Made by a program: the position numbers and the translations under genes. The notes beneath the pieces are model-generated. The model saw only the letters and a program-made list of their open reading frames with translations. It had not been told where the DNA came from and ran no database searches. Of a stretch of 64,000 nt of DNA, positions 20,774 to 30,121 are shown in pieces; position 1 is the stretch's first letter; every line of letters starts with the position of its first letter. The stretch lies in the IMG/VR virus record IMGVR_UViG_3300025617_000007, positions 74,594 through 138,593 of that record, one strand, 5' to 3'. Origin of the DNA: a virus.

Positions 20774-21350
20774 ACACATATATTTAATACACATAAATAA
20801 ATGTGGAGGTACGTCAATGAAAGGTATTATGTCCAATAAAGACAATGTTACAATACCTAAAAATGATGATATTATTGAACTTAAGAAAAAAGATAAGTGG
20901 AAAAACTCAATTAAAGTTACAATAACACGTAATCCTTATCATCGGATACTTTCATTACATTCAATGTTAATAAGAGATGGAGTTGGAATCACTTTACAGG
21001 AGGTTATTGATATAATTACTGATGATAGTATTAAATATAAAGTTAAAAATGGTGGACTAAATAAAGGAACTAAACAACATGTCAAAAGACACGGTTTACC
21101 AATGACTCACAAGCATTATGGTGTGGTTAATGAAGACTTGTCCTTGGATGTTGATTATGTATTTAAACTTGAGGAATTACATGACAAGTGGGATGAGTTT
21201 AAGGAATTAACTGATATTCATTCAGAAATAGTGATACGTAATAAGTCAAATAACAAAAACGATATTACTATATTCAGTGGAGAACAAATTAAAAAAATTA
21301 ACGAACACTATTATAATGATTTTATTTGTTTTAAATATGAAATGATATGA
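20757..21350 (+). CDS. Sulfotransferase (Sulfotransfer_2-like)
   Basis: PAPS-binding motifs IHINKCGGTS and TRNPYHRILS. Confidence 0.8.
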   Translation: MKVKNKHIYLIHINKCGGTSMKGIMSNKDNVTIPKNDDIIELKKKDKWKNSIKVTITRNPYHRILSLHSMLIRDGVGITLQEVIDIITDDSIKYKVKNGGLNKGTKQHVKRHGLPMTHKHYGVVNEDLSLDVDYVFKLEELHDKWDEFKELTDIHSEIVIRNKSNNKNDITIFSGEQIKKINEHYYNDFICFKYEMI

Positions 21351-22243
21351 GATTAATAACAGGGAACGGATTAGTTGGGTCAGCATTAGATGGTGACGTT
21401 AAAATATCGTCAGGGCATTTTGATTTAAGAAATACGGAGAGCGTTAAGTCAATGTTTAAATTTTATCAACCAACAGAGGTAATCCACACAGCAGCAAAAG
21501 TAGGTGGATTGGGTTCAAACATGAAATATAAAGGAGAATACTTTTATGATAACATAATGATGAATACAAATGTCATCGAACAATCAAGACAATCGGGTGT
21601 TAAAAAATTGGTGTCATTTTTATCCACATGTGTATTTCCTGATGATGTTGAATATCCCTTAACTGAAAAGAAAATACATTTAGGTGAACCTCACTTTTCA
21701 AACAACGCATATGCATATGCGAAAAGAATGGTAGATGTCCAAATCAGGGCATATCGAGAACAATATGGTTTAGAATATAAATCAGTTATACCAACAAACA
21801 TATATGGACCAAACGATAACTTTTCACTAACTCACGGACATGTCATGCCAATGTTAATACATAAAATGTATTTAGCTCAAAAAAACAACACCCCTTTTGA
21901 AGTTTGGGGTTCAGGTAAACCACTTAGAGAGTTTATTTATTCTAAAGATGTTGCAAAACTTACCGAATGGGTTATGAATAATTACGATGAAGATGAACCA
22001 ATCATACTATCCACTTCTCAAGAAATATCAATACGAGATTTAGTTGATTTATTAGTTCAAGAGTTTAACTTTAAAGGCGAAGTAATTTTTGATGGGTCAA
22101 AGCCTGATGGTCAATTTAGAAAACCATCAGATAACTCAAAAATCAAAAACTACTTACCTGACTTTAAATTCACACCAATAGAGGAAGGTATAAAGGAAAC
22201 GGTAAATTGGTTTATTGAAAATTATGAAACAACAAGAAAATAA
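21347..22243 (+). CDS. fcl: GDP-L-fucose synthase
   Basis: ITGNGLVGS, AAKVGG, LSTCVFP, YAYAK, PTNIYGPND, VWGSGKPLREF. Confidence 0.95.
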   Translation: MRLITGNGLVGSALDGDVKISSGHFDLRNTESVKSMFKFYQPTEVIHTAAKVGGLGSNMKYKGEYFYDNIMMNTNVIEQSRQSGVKKLVSFLSTCVFPDDVEYPLTEKKIHLGEPHFSNNAYAYAKRMVDVQIRAYREQYGLEYKSVIPTNIYGPNDNFSLTHGHVMPMLIHKMYLAQKNNTPFEVWGSGKPLREFIYSKDVAKLTEWVMNNYDEDEPIILSTSQEISIRDLVDLLVQEFNFKGEVIFDGSKPDGQFRKPSDNSKIKNYLPDFKFTPIEEGIKETVNWFIENYETTRK

Positions 22244-23222
22244 AGTTGCACTAATTACAGGTATTAACGGACAGGACGGTTCATATTTAACAGAATTTTT
22301 ATTAGAAAAAGGATATGAAGTTTGGGGGACGATAAAAAGAAATTCTGTTTCTGAGAACCAAACAAATCGATTAGGTGAGACCTACTATAAAATTAAAGAT
22401 AATTTGGAGTATGTGGATATGACCGACTTATCTTCACTTCTCAGGATTATTCAAAAATGTAAACCTAATGAGATATACAATCTAGCTGCACAATCACACG
22501 TAAGAATATCTTTTGACCAACCAATATATACCGCAAACGTCACAGGTATGGGTTCGTTGAATCTATTGGAGGCAGTTAAATTAATCGACCCAACCATTAA
22601 AATATATCAAGCATCATCTTCTGAAATGTTTGGTAATAATATAGATGAGGACGGATATCAGCGAGAGACGACACCGATGGACCCAGTATCCCCATATGGA
22701 TGTTCTAAGGTGTTTGCATATAACATTAGTAGAAATTATCGTAATTCATACGGTATGTTTATTTCAAACGGAATATTATTTAATCACGAATCCCCAAGAC
22801 GAGGTAGTAACTTTGTAACTAATAAAGTTGTTAAAACTGCTGTGGAGATTAAGAAGGGTTTAAGGGACGATTTAGTATTAGGTAATATGGAAGCAACTAG
22901 AGACTGGGGACATGCTAAAGACTATGTTGAGGCTATGTGGTTAATTCTACAACAAGATGAACCTGACGATTACGTATGTTCTACAGGAATCTCACATTCA
23001 GTAAAAGATTTAGTTACTTATGTTTTTAATAAGTTACATTTAGATATAGATAAACATGTTAAAACAAATAACAAATACTTTAGACCTGAAGAGTTAAAAG
23101 ACTTAAAAGGTGATAGTAGTAAATTAAGGAGTAAAACAGGATGGGTACCTAACTATACTTTTGAGAGTATGTTAGATGAAATGATAGATTATTGGATGAA
23201 AAAATTGCCAAGCTTAATTTAA
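22224..23222 (+). CDS. gmd: GDP-mannose 4,6-dehydratase
   Basis: ALITGINGQDGSYL, YNLAAQSHV, YQASSSE, SPYGCSK, FNHESPRRG, RDWGHAKDYV; ATG start at 22224 preferred. Confidence 0.97.
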   Translation: MKQQENKVALITGINGQDGSYLTEFLLEKGYEVWGTIKRNSVSENQTNRLGETYYKIKDNLEYVDMTDLSSLLRIIQKCKPNEIYNLAAQSHVRISFDQPIYTANVTGMGSLNLLEAVKLIDPTIKIYQASSSEMFGNNIDEDGYQRETTPMDPVSPYGCSKVFAYNISRNYRNSYGMFISNGILFNHESPRRGSNFVTNKVVKTAVEIKKGLRDDLVLGNMEATRDWGHAKDYVEAMWLILQQDEPDDYVCSTGISHSVKDLVTYVFNKLHLDIDKHVKTNNKYFRPEELKDLKGDSSKLRSKTGWVPNYTFESMLDEMIDYWMKKLPSLI

Positions 23223-23235
23223 ATAAAAAAAATAC

Positions 23236-23952
23236 ATGACAAATAGAACCAAAAAAACAGAAAATAAAGGTAGTAATATGCCTCGTAAAGATTTAATAAA
23301 CTCAATTATTGGTAAAAAACCAAGAAAGAAGTTTTTATCTGAAAGTCAAAAGGAATATTACGATGTCTTAACTAAAAGTGAAATTACGGTATGTACAGGA
23401 CCTGCAGGTGTTGGTAAATCGTTTATCGCAATGAAAGCGGCGGTAGAATTACTAATGGACCCTAAGAATTCTTATGAGAAGATTATTATTGTAAGACCAG
23501 CGGTAGAAGCTGAAGAAAAACTTGGTTCACTACCAGGTAACTTGGAGGAAAAATTAGACCCTTATATTTTTCCATCATATTACTTATTAAATAAAATTAT
23601 AGGTAAAGAGGCAAGAGAGAAATTAAAAGAAAACGATATTATTGAAGTATTTGCATTGGCATACATGAGAGGTATGAATATCGACAACTCTATATTAATT
23701 TTTGAAGAAGCTCAAAACTCGACACCGTCACAGATGAAACTTCTATTGACAAGAATTGGGTTTAATAGTAAGTTTTTTATATCAGGAGATATTGAACAAA
23801 CTGATAGGTACAAAGATAAAACACAATCAGGTCTTTACGATGCGGTTCACAGGTTTCAACAATTAGATGGTGTTGGAACATATTCATTCAATACCGATGA
23901 CGTAATACGAAATCCTTTGATTAGTAAAATATTAAAAAGATACGAAGAATGA
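23236..23952 (+). CDS. phoH: PhoH-like ATPase
   Basis: GPAGVGKS, RPAVEAEEKLGSLPG, AYMRG, EEAQN, GDIEQTD. Confidence 0.92.
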   Translation: MTNRTKKTENKGSNMPRKDLINSIIGKKPRKKFLSESQKEYYDVLTKSEITVCTGPAGVGKSFIAMKAAVELLMDPKNSYEKIIIVRPAVEAEEKLGSLPGNLEEKLDPYIFPSYYLLNKIIGKEAREKLKENDIIEVFALAYMRGMNIDNSILIFEEAQNSTPSQMKLLLTRIGFNSKFFISGDIEQTDRYKDKTQSGLYDAVHRFQQLDGVGTYSFNTDDVIRNPLISKILKRYEE

Positions 23953-24602
23953 GAATAGCATTTGACATAAATGGAGTTTTAAGAGACACTTTTTTAAAGG
24001 CGGAACAACTATATCAAAAATTCTATATTGACGAGTTTGAGGAAGAAAAAACCTCATCTTTTAATGAAGATACTGAGGAGTTTACCGAAGAAGTTATGGT
24101 GGACGATTTTACTTATGAATTAAATCTACCCGTAAAATCTTTAGACAATTTAGAGGATTATTTTAAGTTTAAAACTAAAGACGATTTATTTAACTTTTTT
24201 TATGTGGATTTCCCTATGCAAATTTTTGGTCATTCCCCATCAATGTCGGTATCAACCTTTAATGTGTTAAATGAAATTTATGAAGAATTAAGGAATGAAC
24301 ACGAAATTTTGATTGTTTCGGACGAAATACAAAAATCAAAACCCGCGTCATTATTTTTCCTTTCAAAATACGGATGTTTGGTTGAAAAGATTTTATTTTA
24401 CTCAAATATAACATTAGATAATATGTGGGATGAAGTAGATGTATTAATTACTGCAAATCCCAACCACATATTAAACAGACCAAAAGATAAAATAACTATA
24501 AAATATAAAACCACATATAATGAAAATATTGAGTCAGAGTATGAAATATCAGATATCTCGGAAATAAGAGAATTATATGAAAAATTAAAGATAGCGAAAT
24601 GA
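23949..24602 (+). CDS. HAD-like 5'-nucleotidase family protein
   Basis: N-terminal RIAFDINGVLRD motif; degenerate second Asp. Confidence 0.55.
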   Translation: MRIAFDINGVLRDTFLKAEQLYQKFYIDEFEEEKTSSFNEDTEEFTEEVMVDDFTYELNLPVKSLDNLEDYFKFKTKDDLFNFFYVDFPMQIFGHSPSMSVSTFNVLNEIYEELRNEHEILIVSDEIQKSKPASLFFLSKYGCLVEKILFYSNITLDNMWDEVDVLITANPNHILNRPKDKITIKYKTTYNENIESEYEISDISEIRELYEKLKIAK

Positions 24603-24907
24603 TAGAATTATTAGGAGAAAATTATTATGTTGACTTTACTGAGTTGGAAGAGAATATTAATATCCCGAAGACCGAAAAAGAAGTTAATCAAGAAGAAACA
24701 GAGGTTGATGTGGAACTTCAAGGTGACGACACTCAACATATTAGTATTGTAAAATACGAAACAATAAAAATGATGTTAGAGGTAGTTTTAACAGAAAGAG
24801 AAGAATTAGATGAAAATTTAGGAGTATATAATACTAAAAATTTAAGCCTTCCCTTTAAGATAGCTTTTAATACATTATTAAAACATGGTATAATAAAACA
24901 CTTATAG
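24599..24907 (+). CDS. Hypothetical protein
   Basis: 102-aa coupled ORF. Confidence 0.6.
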   Translation: MIELLGENYYVDFTELEENINIPKTEKEVNQEETEVDVELQGDDTQHISIVKYETIKMMLEVVLTEREELDENLGVYNTKNLSLPFKIAFNTLLKHGIIKHL

Positions 24908-24910
24908 AAT

Positions 24911-25975
24911 ATGGATACACAATTATTACAAAAAGTTGAACAATCAGTTAAGAATTTAGAGGATAAGTCGGTAAGACTTTATTTTTTAGTTCAAGACACT
25001 AAGGGTAATGCCCGAGCAAGTGTTAGACACACATACGATATGGCTCTAACACTGAAAAATAACGGATTTAATCCGATTATTATTCACGAAAATAAAGAAT
25101 ATACAGGAGTTTCTGAATGGTTAGGTGAAAAATATATGGAATTACCTCACGAATCGATTGATGGTGAAAACTTAAAAATATCACCTGAAGATTTTATTTT
25201 TGTACCTGAAATTTACGGACATGTATTGGAGCAAGTTTCTAATTTACCTTGTGGTAAAGTAGTTATTTGTCAAGCATATGACCATATGTTGGAAACTTTA
25301 CAACCTGGTACTTCATGGTCCCAATATGGATTTTTAAAGGCTATCACGACAAATCAGAATCAAGTAGATTACATTAAAGGAATTATGAAAAATGTAACTA
25401 TCGATAAAATCGAACCTTTTATTCCTGAGATTTTTACAGAAAAAGATAAACCATCGAAACCAATTATCTCGATTCATACTCGCGAACAAAGAGATACTAT
25501 GAAAATTATTAAAACTTTCTACTTAAAGTATCCTCAGTTTAGGTGGGTTACTTTCCGTGACATGAGAGGTTTGAACCAAGAAGAATTTTCTAAGTACTTA
25601 AAAGATTCTTTTGTTTCTGTTTGGGTTGACGATACTTCAGGTTTTGGGACATTTCCTATTGAGTCTATGGCTAGTAGAACACCCGTTATCGGTAAAGTCC
25701 CGAATATGAAACCTGAGTGGATGCAAGACGATAATGGTGTGTGGACATATGAACTAAACCAAATGCCTGATATAATTGCAGAATTTACTCAGAATTGGTT
25801 AGAAGATAATATCTCTTCAGGTCTTTATCAATCAGGTTTAGAAACATCTTCTAAATATCAAAATAGAGGCGAGTTCGAAAGTAATGTTGTATCGACATTT
25901 GAAAATTACTTAAACGTTAGAAAACAATCGTTTGAGTCACAATTAGATAAACTTAAAGTAGTAGAAGAAAAATAA
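24911..25975 (+). CDS. Glycosyltransferase (GT-B-like)
   Basis: FVPEIYG...CQAYD; SGFGTFPIESMASRTPVIG. Confidence 0.7.
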   Translation: MDTQLLQKVEQSVKNLEDKSVRLYFLVQDTKGNARASVRHTYDMALTLKNNGFNPIIIHENKEYTGVSEWLGEKYMELPHESIDGENLKISPEDFIFVPEIYGHVLEQVSNLPCGKVVICQAYDHMLETLQPGTSWSQYGFLKAITTNQNQVDYIKGIMKNVTIDKIEPFIPEIFTEKDKPSKPIISIHTREQRDTMKIIKTFYLKYPQFRWVTFRDMRGLNQEEFSKYLKDSFVSVWVDDTSGFGTFPIESMASRTPVIGKVPNMKPEWMQDDNGVWTYELNQMPDIIAEFTQNWLEDNISSGLYQSGLETSSKYQNRGEFESNVVSTFENYLNVRKQSFESQLDKLKVVEEK

Positions 25976-25980
25976 GAATT

Positions 25981-26787
25981 ATGGAAGATAAATTAAATGT
26001 ATCGGTTATTTTACCGATTAACTCATCAAAAAACAAAAATTTTGAGACTTTTTTTGAAAGTTGTATCACTTCTATTCAAAACCAATCAACACCAATTAAT
26101 GAAGTTGTAATAGTACATAGCGATGAAGAATCTTTAGTATCTATGTTAGATAACTATAATTTTAGTGGTCTAACAGTTAATAGAGTACTAAATAAAGGTG
26201 ATGTTGATTTCGCTACTCAAGTGAATTTGGGAGTTGAGAACGCAAAAAGTGATTGGATTTCAATTATTGAATTTGATGATGAATATGCCACTATATGGTT
26301 TAAAAACGTTAAACGTTATATGGAGTCGTATCCTGAAATATCAGGTTTTTTACCGTTAGTTATTGATGTGGACGATAAAGGTGTTTTTGCAGGGTTCACC
26401 AATGAAGCAACCTTTGCCGCAAATATGAATACTGAAATTGGTTACTTAACTAATGAGGTGTTATTAAATTATCAAAACTTTCAAACTAGTGGTATTGTAA
26501 TTAAAAAAGATACTTTTCAACAGTTTGGAGGTATTAAAAAATCTATGAAGCTAACATTCGTATATGAGTTCCTATTAAGATTAACATATAACTCAGTTGA
26601 GTTAATGACAATCCCTCGAATAGGTTATAAACACATGAATATGAGAGAAGGTTCTATATTTTGGAACTACAAATTTGGAGAGAATAAGATAACTGAAGAT
26701 GAGGTAGCTTTTTGGATTGACTCAGCAAAGAAAGAACACTTTTTTATTGAAAATAGGGACATAAATTATCAACCCGAAAATGTTTAA
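25981..26787 (+). CDS. Glycosyltransferase (GT2-like)
   Basis: VSVILPI...SCITSIQNQ; VNLGVENAKSDWISIIEFDD. Confidence 0.75.
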   Translation: MEDKLNVSVILPINSSKNKNFETFFESCITSIQNQSTPINEVVIVHSDEESLVSMLDNYNFSGLTVNRVLNKGDVDFATQVNLGVENAKSDWISIIEFDDEYATIWFKNVKRYMESYPEISGFLPLVIDVDDKGVFAGFTNEATFAANMNTEIGYLTNEVLLNYQNFQTSGIVIKKDTFQQFGGIKKSMKLTFVYEFLLRLTYNSVELMTIPRIGYKHMNMREGSIFWNYKFGENKITEDEVAFWIDSAKKEHFFIENRDINYQPENV

Positions 26788-27548
26788 TGTTTTTAGAATC
26801 GTTAAGTGCTACTTCGACAAACTCTGAATCAGTAGAAAAGAAAAAAAGAGGTAGAAAACCGAAGTCAAATAATTATTTTGCAGAAAGAGAAGAAGGTGCG
26901 GTTAGAATGTTTCTAACTGCATCTACTTTTAATGAAAAAAATCAAATATATAATGAGTATTTGCGTGCTCCGTTAGATAAAATGATAGAATCCATAATAC
27001 GAAGATATAAGTTATATCGTAAGGATATGGATTTTCGTGAGATACATCACGACACACATTCATTTCTTATAACTAAAGTTGAGAAGTTCAAACCTTCCAA
27101 AGGTAAAAAAGCGTACTCTTATTTTGGTACTATTTGTAAAAATTATTTAATGGGTCAAATCATTAAAGACCAAAAAGAACAAAATAGAAAAATATCATAT
27201 GAAGATATCACTACTAAGTTAGAAAGTAGACCTGATATGATTTACTATATTGAAAATGAAAAAATAGAACCTACAGAAATCATTTCACAGTTTATTAAAG
27301 AATTAGAAGATTTTATTGAGAATAGTAATTTAAATAATAATGAGTTAAAGTTAGGATACGCTTTAGCTGAGTTATTTGAAAATTATAATGAGATATTCAT
27401 AGGTACTGATAATAATAAATTCAATAAAAATATCATACTTCTATCTTTAAGAGAAATGACAAATATGACTACCAAAGAGATTAGAACGTCTATGAGGAAA
27501 TTTAAAAAGTTGTATTACGAACTCACGAACAAATTAAACAATTTATAA
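26787..27548 (+). CDS. Phage sigma factor, T4 gp55 (late sigma)-like
   Basis: KFKPSKGKKAYSYFGTICKNYL resembles the gp55/sigma region 2 pattern F(D/K)P.K...(F/Y).Y.T..C.N. Confidence 0.65.
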   Translation: MFLESLSATSTNSESVEKKKRGRKPKSNNYFAEREEGAVRMFLTASTFNEKNQIYNEYLRAPLDKMIESIIRRYKLYRKDMDFREIHHDTHSFLITKVEKFKPSKGKKAYSYFGTICKNYLMGQIIKDQKEQNRKISYEDITTKLESRPDMIYYIENEKIEPTEIISQFIKELEDFIENSNLNNNELKLGYALAELFENYNEIFIGTDNNKFNKNIILLSLREMTNMTTKEIRTSMRKFKKLYYELTNKLNNL

Positions 27549-27578
27549 AAAAATTAGTCAGTAAATATTTATAATATT

Positions 27579-27953
27579 ATGGCAAGACCTAAGAAAAAAG
27601 AAATAGTATTAAGTAAAGACTCAGTTCTTTCTCTATTACAAGAAATCTACAATGAATTAGTAGAACAAAGAGCGACTGCCGTAAGAATTCAAAACAAAAT
27701 GTTGGCAATGTTAAAGGACCCTGAAGATATGACGGTTATTGGTCCTGTAATTAAAGAACAACAAAAGATTATAAATGACACCATAGAAAAGAAATTAACT
27801 TTATCTAAATTACAGTCAACAATATGGGAGAAGTCGAATAGTAATACTGAAGAAAGTTTTAGTTTATCCGATATGGATGATGATGTATTACAATCACTAA
27901 TTCAAAAAGATTTAGATAATGATAATAAAAATGATGGTTATAAATTAGATTAA
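27579..27953 (+). CDS. Hypothetical protein
   Basis: 124 aa, preceded by TATTTATA at 27566. Confidence 0.65.
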   Translation: MARPKKKEIVLSKDSVLSLLQEIYNELVEQRATAVRIQNKMLAMLKDPEDMTVIGPVIKEQQKIINDTIEKKLTLSKLQSTIWEKSNSNTEESFSLSDMDDDVLQSLIQKDLDNDNKNDGYKLD

Positions 27954-27965
27954 ATATTAACCATT

Positions 27966-29921
27966 ATGTCAGACAAAGATTCTAAATTAAAAAAAATAAA
28001 GACTAAAACTAAGTCCTTTGTTACTACAAAACAAACTCAAACTGACGAGTTAAAAATCAAAAAACAAAACTTAGCAGACAACTTTGCACAAACCAAAAGT
28101 GAGTCGTTAAAACAACTTAACGCAATGGGTGATATTAAACAAAGAGCCCAACAACAAGTAAAAACCACTTTTGATGAATTAGTTGACATATTCAAAGAAA
28201 CAGTACCTAACCCAAAAAATTCAGGTTCTAGTACGATTGATTTCTTAATTAAACAAGTATTAACTGCCAGTGAGAATACCAAAAGTCGAATGAATGAAAT
28301 AGTTGCGGACGAGGTATTACACGTTGCAGGTTGTTCTGAAGAACAAACATTCAACTCACAACAAAAATTATACATTAAAGTTTCAGAAATTGATTTAAGA
28401 GGTTTATTAAAAAACTCTCCTGATTCTGAACCTTGGAGTTTAAAGTACGAATCCTCACCAATAAGTGTGGGTCAGACTCCATTTTCGATGGATAAGGAGC
28501 TTTATAATAGGTTACAGAACCAAGGGGTTTCATTTAACCAAGAATATGGTAACAAATATATTGGTGCATCAGGGAGTGGAATTTTCGACATTAAATACGT
28601 TAATAGTTATGTTGATGGTGGTACGACATTTTATGGTGATTTTTATGAAGTCGCTTTAGATAATAGAATTAAAGGTAACAATGTTGGTGATTTTTTAAGG
28701 GACTATTATGGGTCAATCGATATTGTTAATTTTGATATGGTTTCTGTTGAGATTATGAATCTTTTAACAAACTTTATTGACATATCGGGAGGAATATCTC
28801 TTGAAAAGAAAGAGGACCAAAGTAGAATGTCTATAATATTACAAAGAATATTAGGTCTATGTTTTGACAATACAAAAGAGATTGATGTTCAAGGTACCGC
28901 GAAGGTCGGCCAATTAGATAATTTGGACCAATCGTTTTTTGAATTAAGCCCGACAGATTTAAAGAATATAGAAACCGAAATTAATAATGTTGTTGAGGGT
29001 ATTACAGAGTTTACCGATTGTGATAATGTTAAATTTCCAGTAAATACCGAATCTATAATATCTTCAATGAAGAAAATTAGGGACGAGGATAAGAACGCCA
29101 ATAAAAAAATAGACGAATTAATGAAGGCTGTTAATGACATGTCTAAAGACCAAGATTGGAAATTAAATTTACCTTCAGGTGTTAATTTTAATTTGAATGT
29201 TGCAATAAACAACGATTTTTTAAAGATTATACCTAAAGGTTTAATGTTATCTATTCTATCACCAAAAATGTTATTAGGGTTATTCATCGTGTTAAAGTCA
29301 GTAAATCCTAGTTTTTCATTAAGTTTAAATATAGATGACTTCAAATCATTTTTAGCCAAGTTTGGTAAATTTGTGGTCAATCTAATGAGTAAAATTGCCG
29401 CGATTTTTATTGAAGAATTGTTTGAGTTAATTAAAAAAAATATTAGATTATTAGTCGAAACTCTATTACTGGAAATTGTTAAAGAATCTAAAGATAAAAT
29501 AGCTGTCATTATTAGTTCTGTAATTTTTATCTTAATACAAACAGTTTCAGGTGTAATTGATTATAGAGAATGTAATAGTTTAGTTGATGAAATATTAAAA
29601 TTATTGAATTTGGGTGCTGCAGTTTTAGGGGTTTCAATACCTTCATTTGCATTAGCTGCGAGTTCATTACTTGGTGGTTTTTCACCGACAAGGGCAATGG
29701 CAGAAGTTACAGAAAGGTTACAAGGATTAGGTGTACCAACAGGGGACTTACCAAGTGGAGCACCTAATATTGCATTACCTGCAATCGCTCAACAAATAAA
29801 AGGTACTTATCAAGAACAATTAGCAAATGGTAAAGTTGAGGTATTTGTACCTCCATTAGCGGTTCCACCAGTTGTTGCGGGTTCTACAGTACCTGCAAAG
29901 GCATCGGGTAAATTCTTTTAA
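27966..29921 (+). CDS. Hypothetical structural protein with hydrophobic C-terminus
   Basis: 651-aa ORF upstream of the spike-like gene. Confidence 0.6.
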   Translation: MSDKDSKLKKIKTKTKSFVTTKQTQTDELKIKKQNLADNFAQTKSESLKQLNAMGDIKQRAQQQVKTTFDELVDIFKETVPNPKNSGSSTIDFLIKQVLTASENTKSRMNEIVADEVLHVAGCSEEQTFNSQQKLYIKVSEIDLRGLLKNSPDSEPWSLKYESSPISVGQTPFSMDKELYNRLQNQGVSFNQEYGNKYIGASGSGIFDIKYVNSYVDGGTTFYGDFYEVALDNRIKGNNVGDFLRDYYGSIDIVNFDMVSVEIMNLLTNFIDISGGISLEKKEDQSRMSIILQRILGLCFDNTKEIDVQGTAKVGQLDNLDQSFFELSPTDLKNIETEINNVVEGITEFTDCDNVKFPVNTESIISSMKKIRDEDKNANKKIDELMKAVNDMSKDQDWKLNLPSGVNFNLNVAINNDFLKIIPKGLMLSILSPKMLLGLFIVLKSVNPSFSLSLNIDDFKSFLAKFGKFVVNLMSKIAAIFIEELFELIKKNIRLLVETLLLEIVKESKDKIAVIISSVIFILIQTVSGVIDYRECNSLVDEILKLLNLGAAVLGVSIPSFALAASSLLGGFSPTRAMAEVTERLQGLGVPTGDLPSGAPNIALPAIAQQIKGTYQEQLANGKVEVFVPPLAVPPVVAGSTVPAKASGKFF

Positions 29922-29923
29922 TT

Positions 29924-30121
29924 ATGGATATTGAAAAAGTAAAAAAAGTAATAGTAGATTATGAAAGTAGACCTAATAAAGATTTACTTGAAGTGATGGA
30001 TTTCCTTCAAAATGATTTTGAAGAAACTAAAAAGACTCTTATTGAGTTAACGAGACATTTAGACGGGACAGAAACTGTCTATAATAAGATTTTGAAAGAA
30101 TATAAAAAAAGAACTAAGTAA
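29924..30121 (+). CDS. Small coiled-coil hypothetical protein
   Basis: 65-aa coupled ORF. Confidence 0.55.
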   Translation: MDIEKVKKVIVDYESRPNKDLLEVMDFLQNDFEETKKTLIELTRHLDGTETVYNKILKEYKKRTK

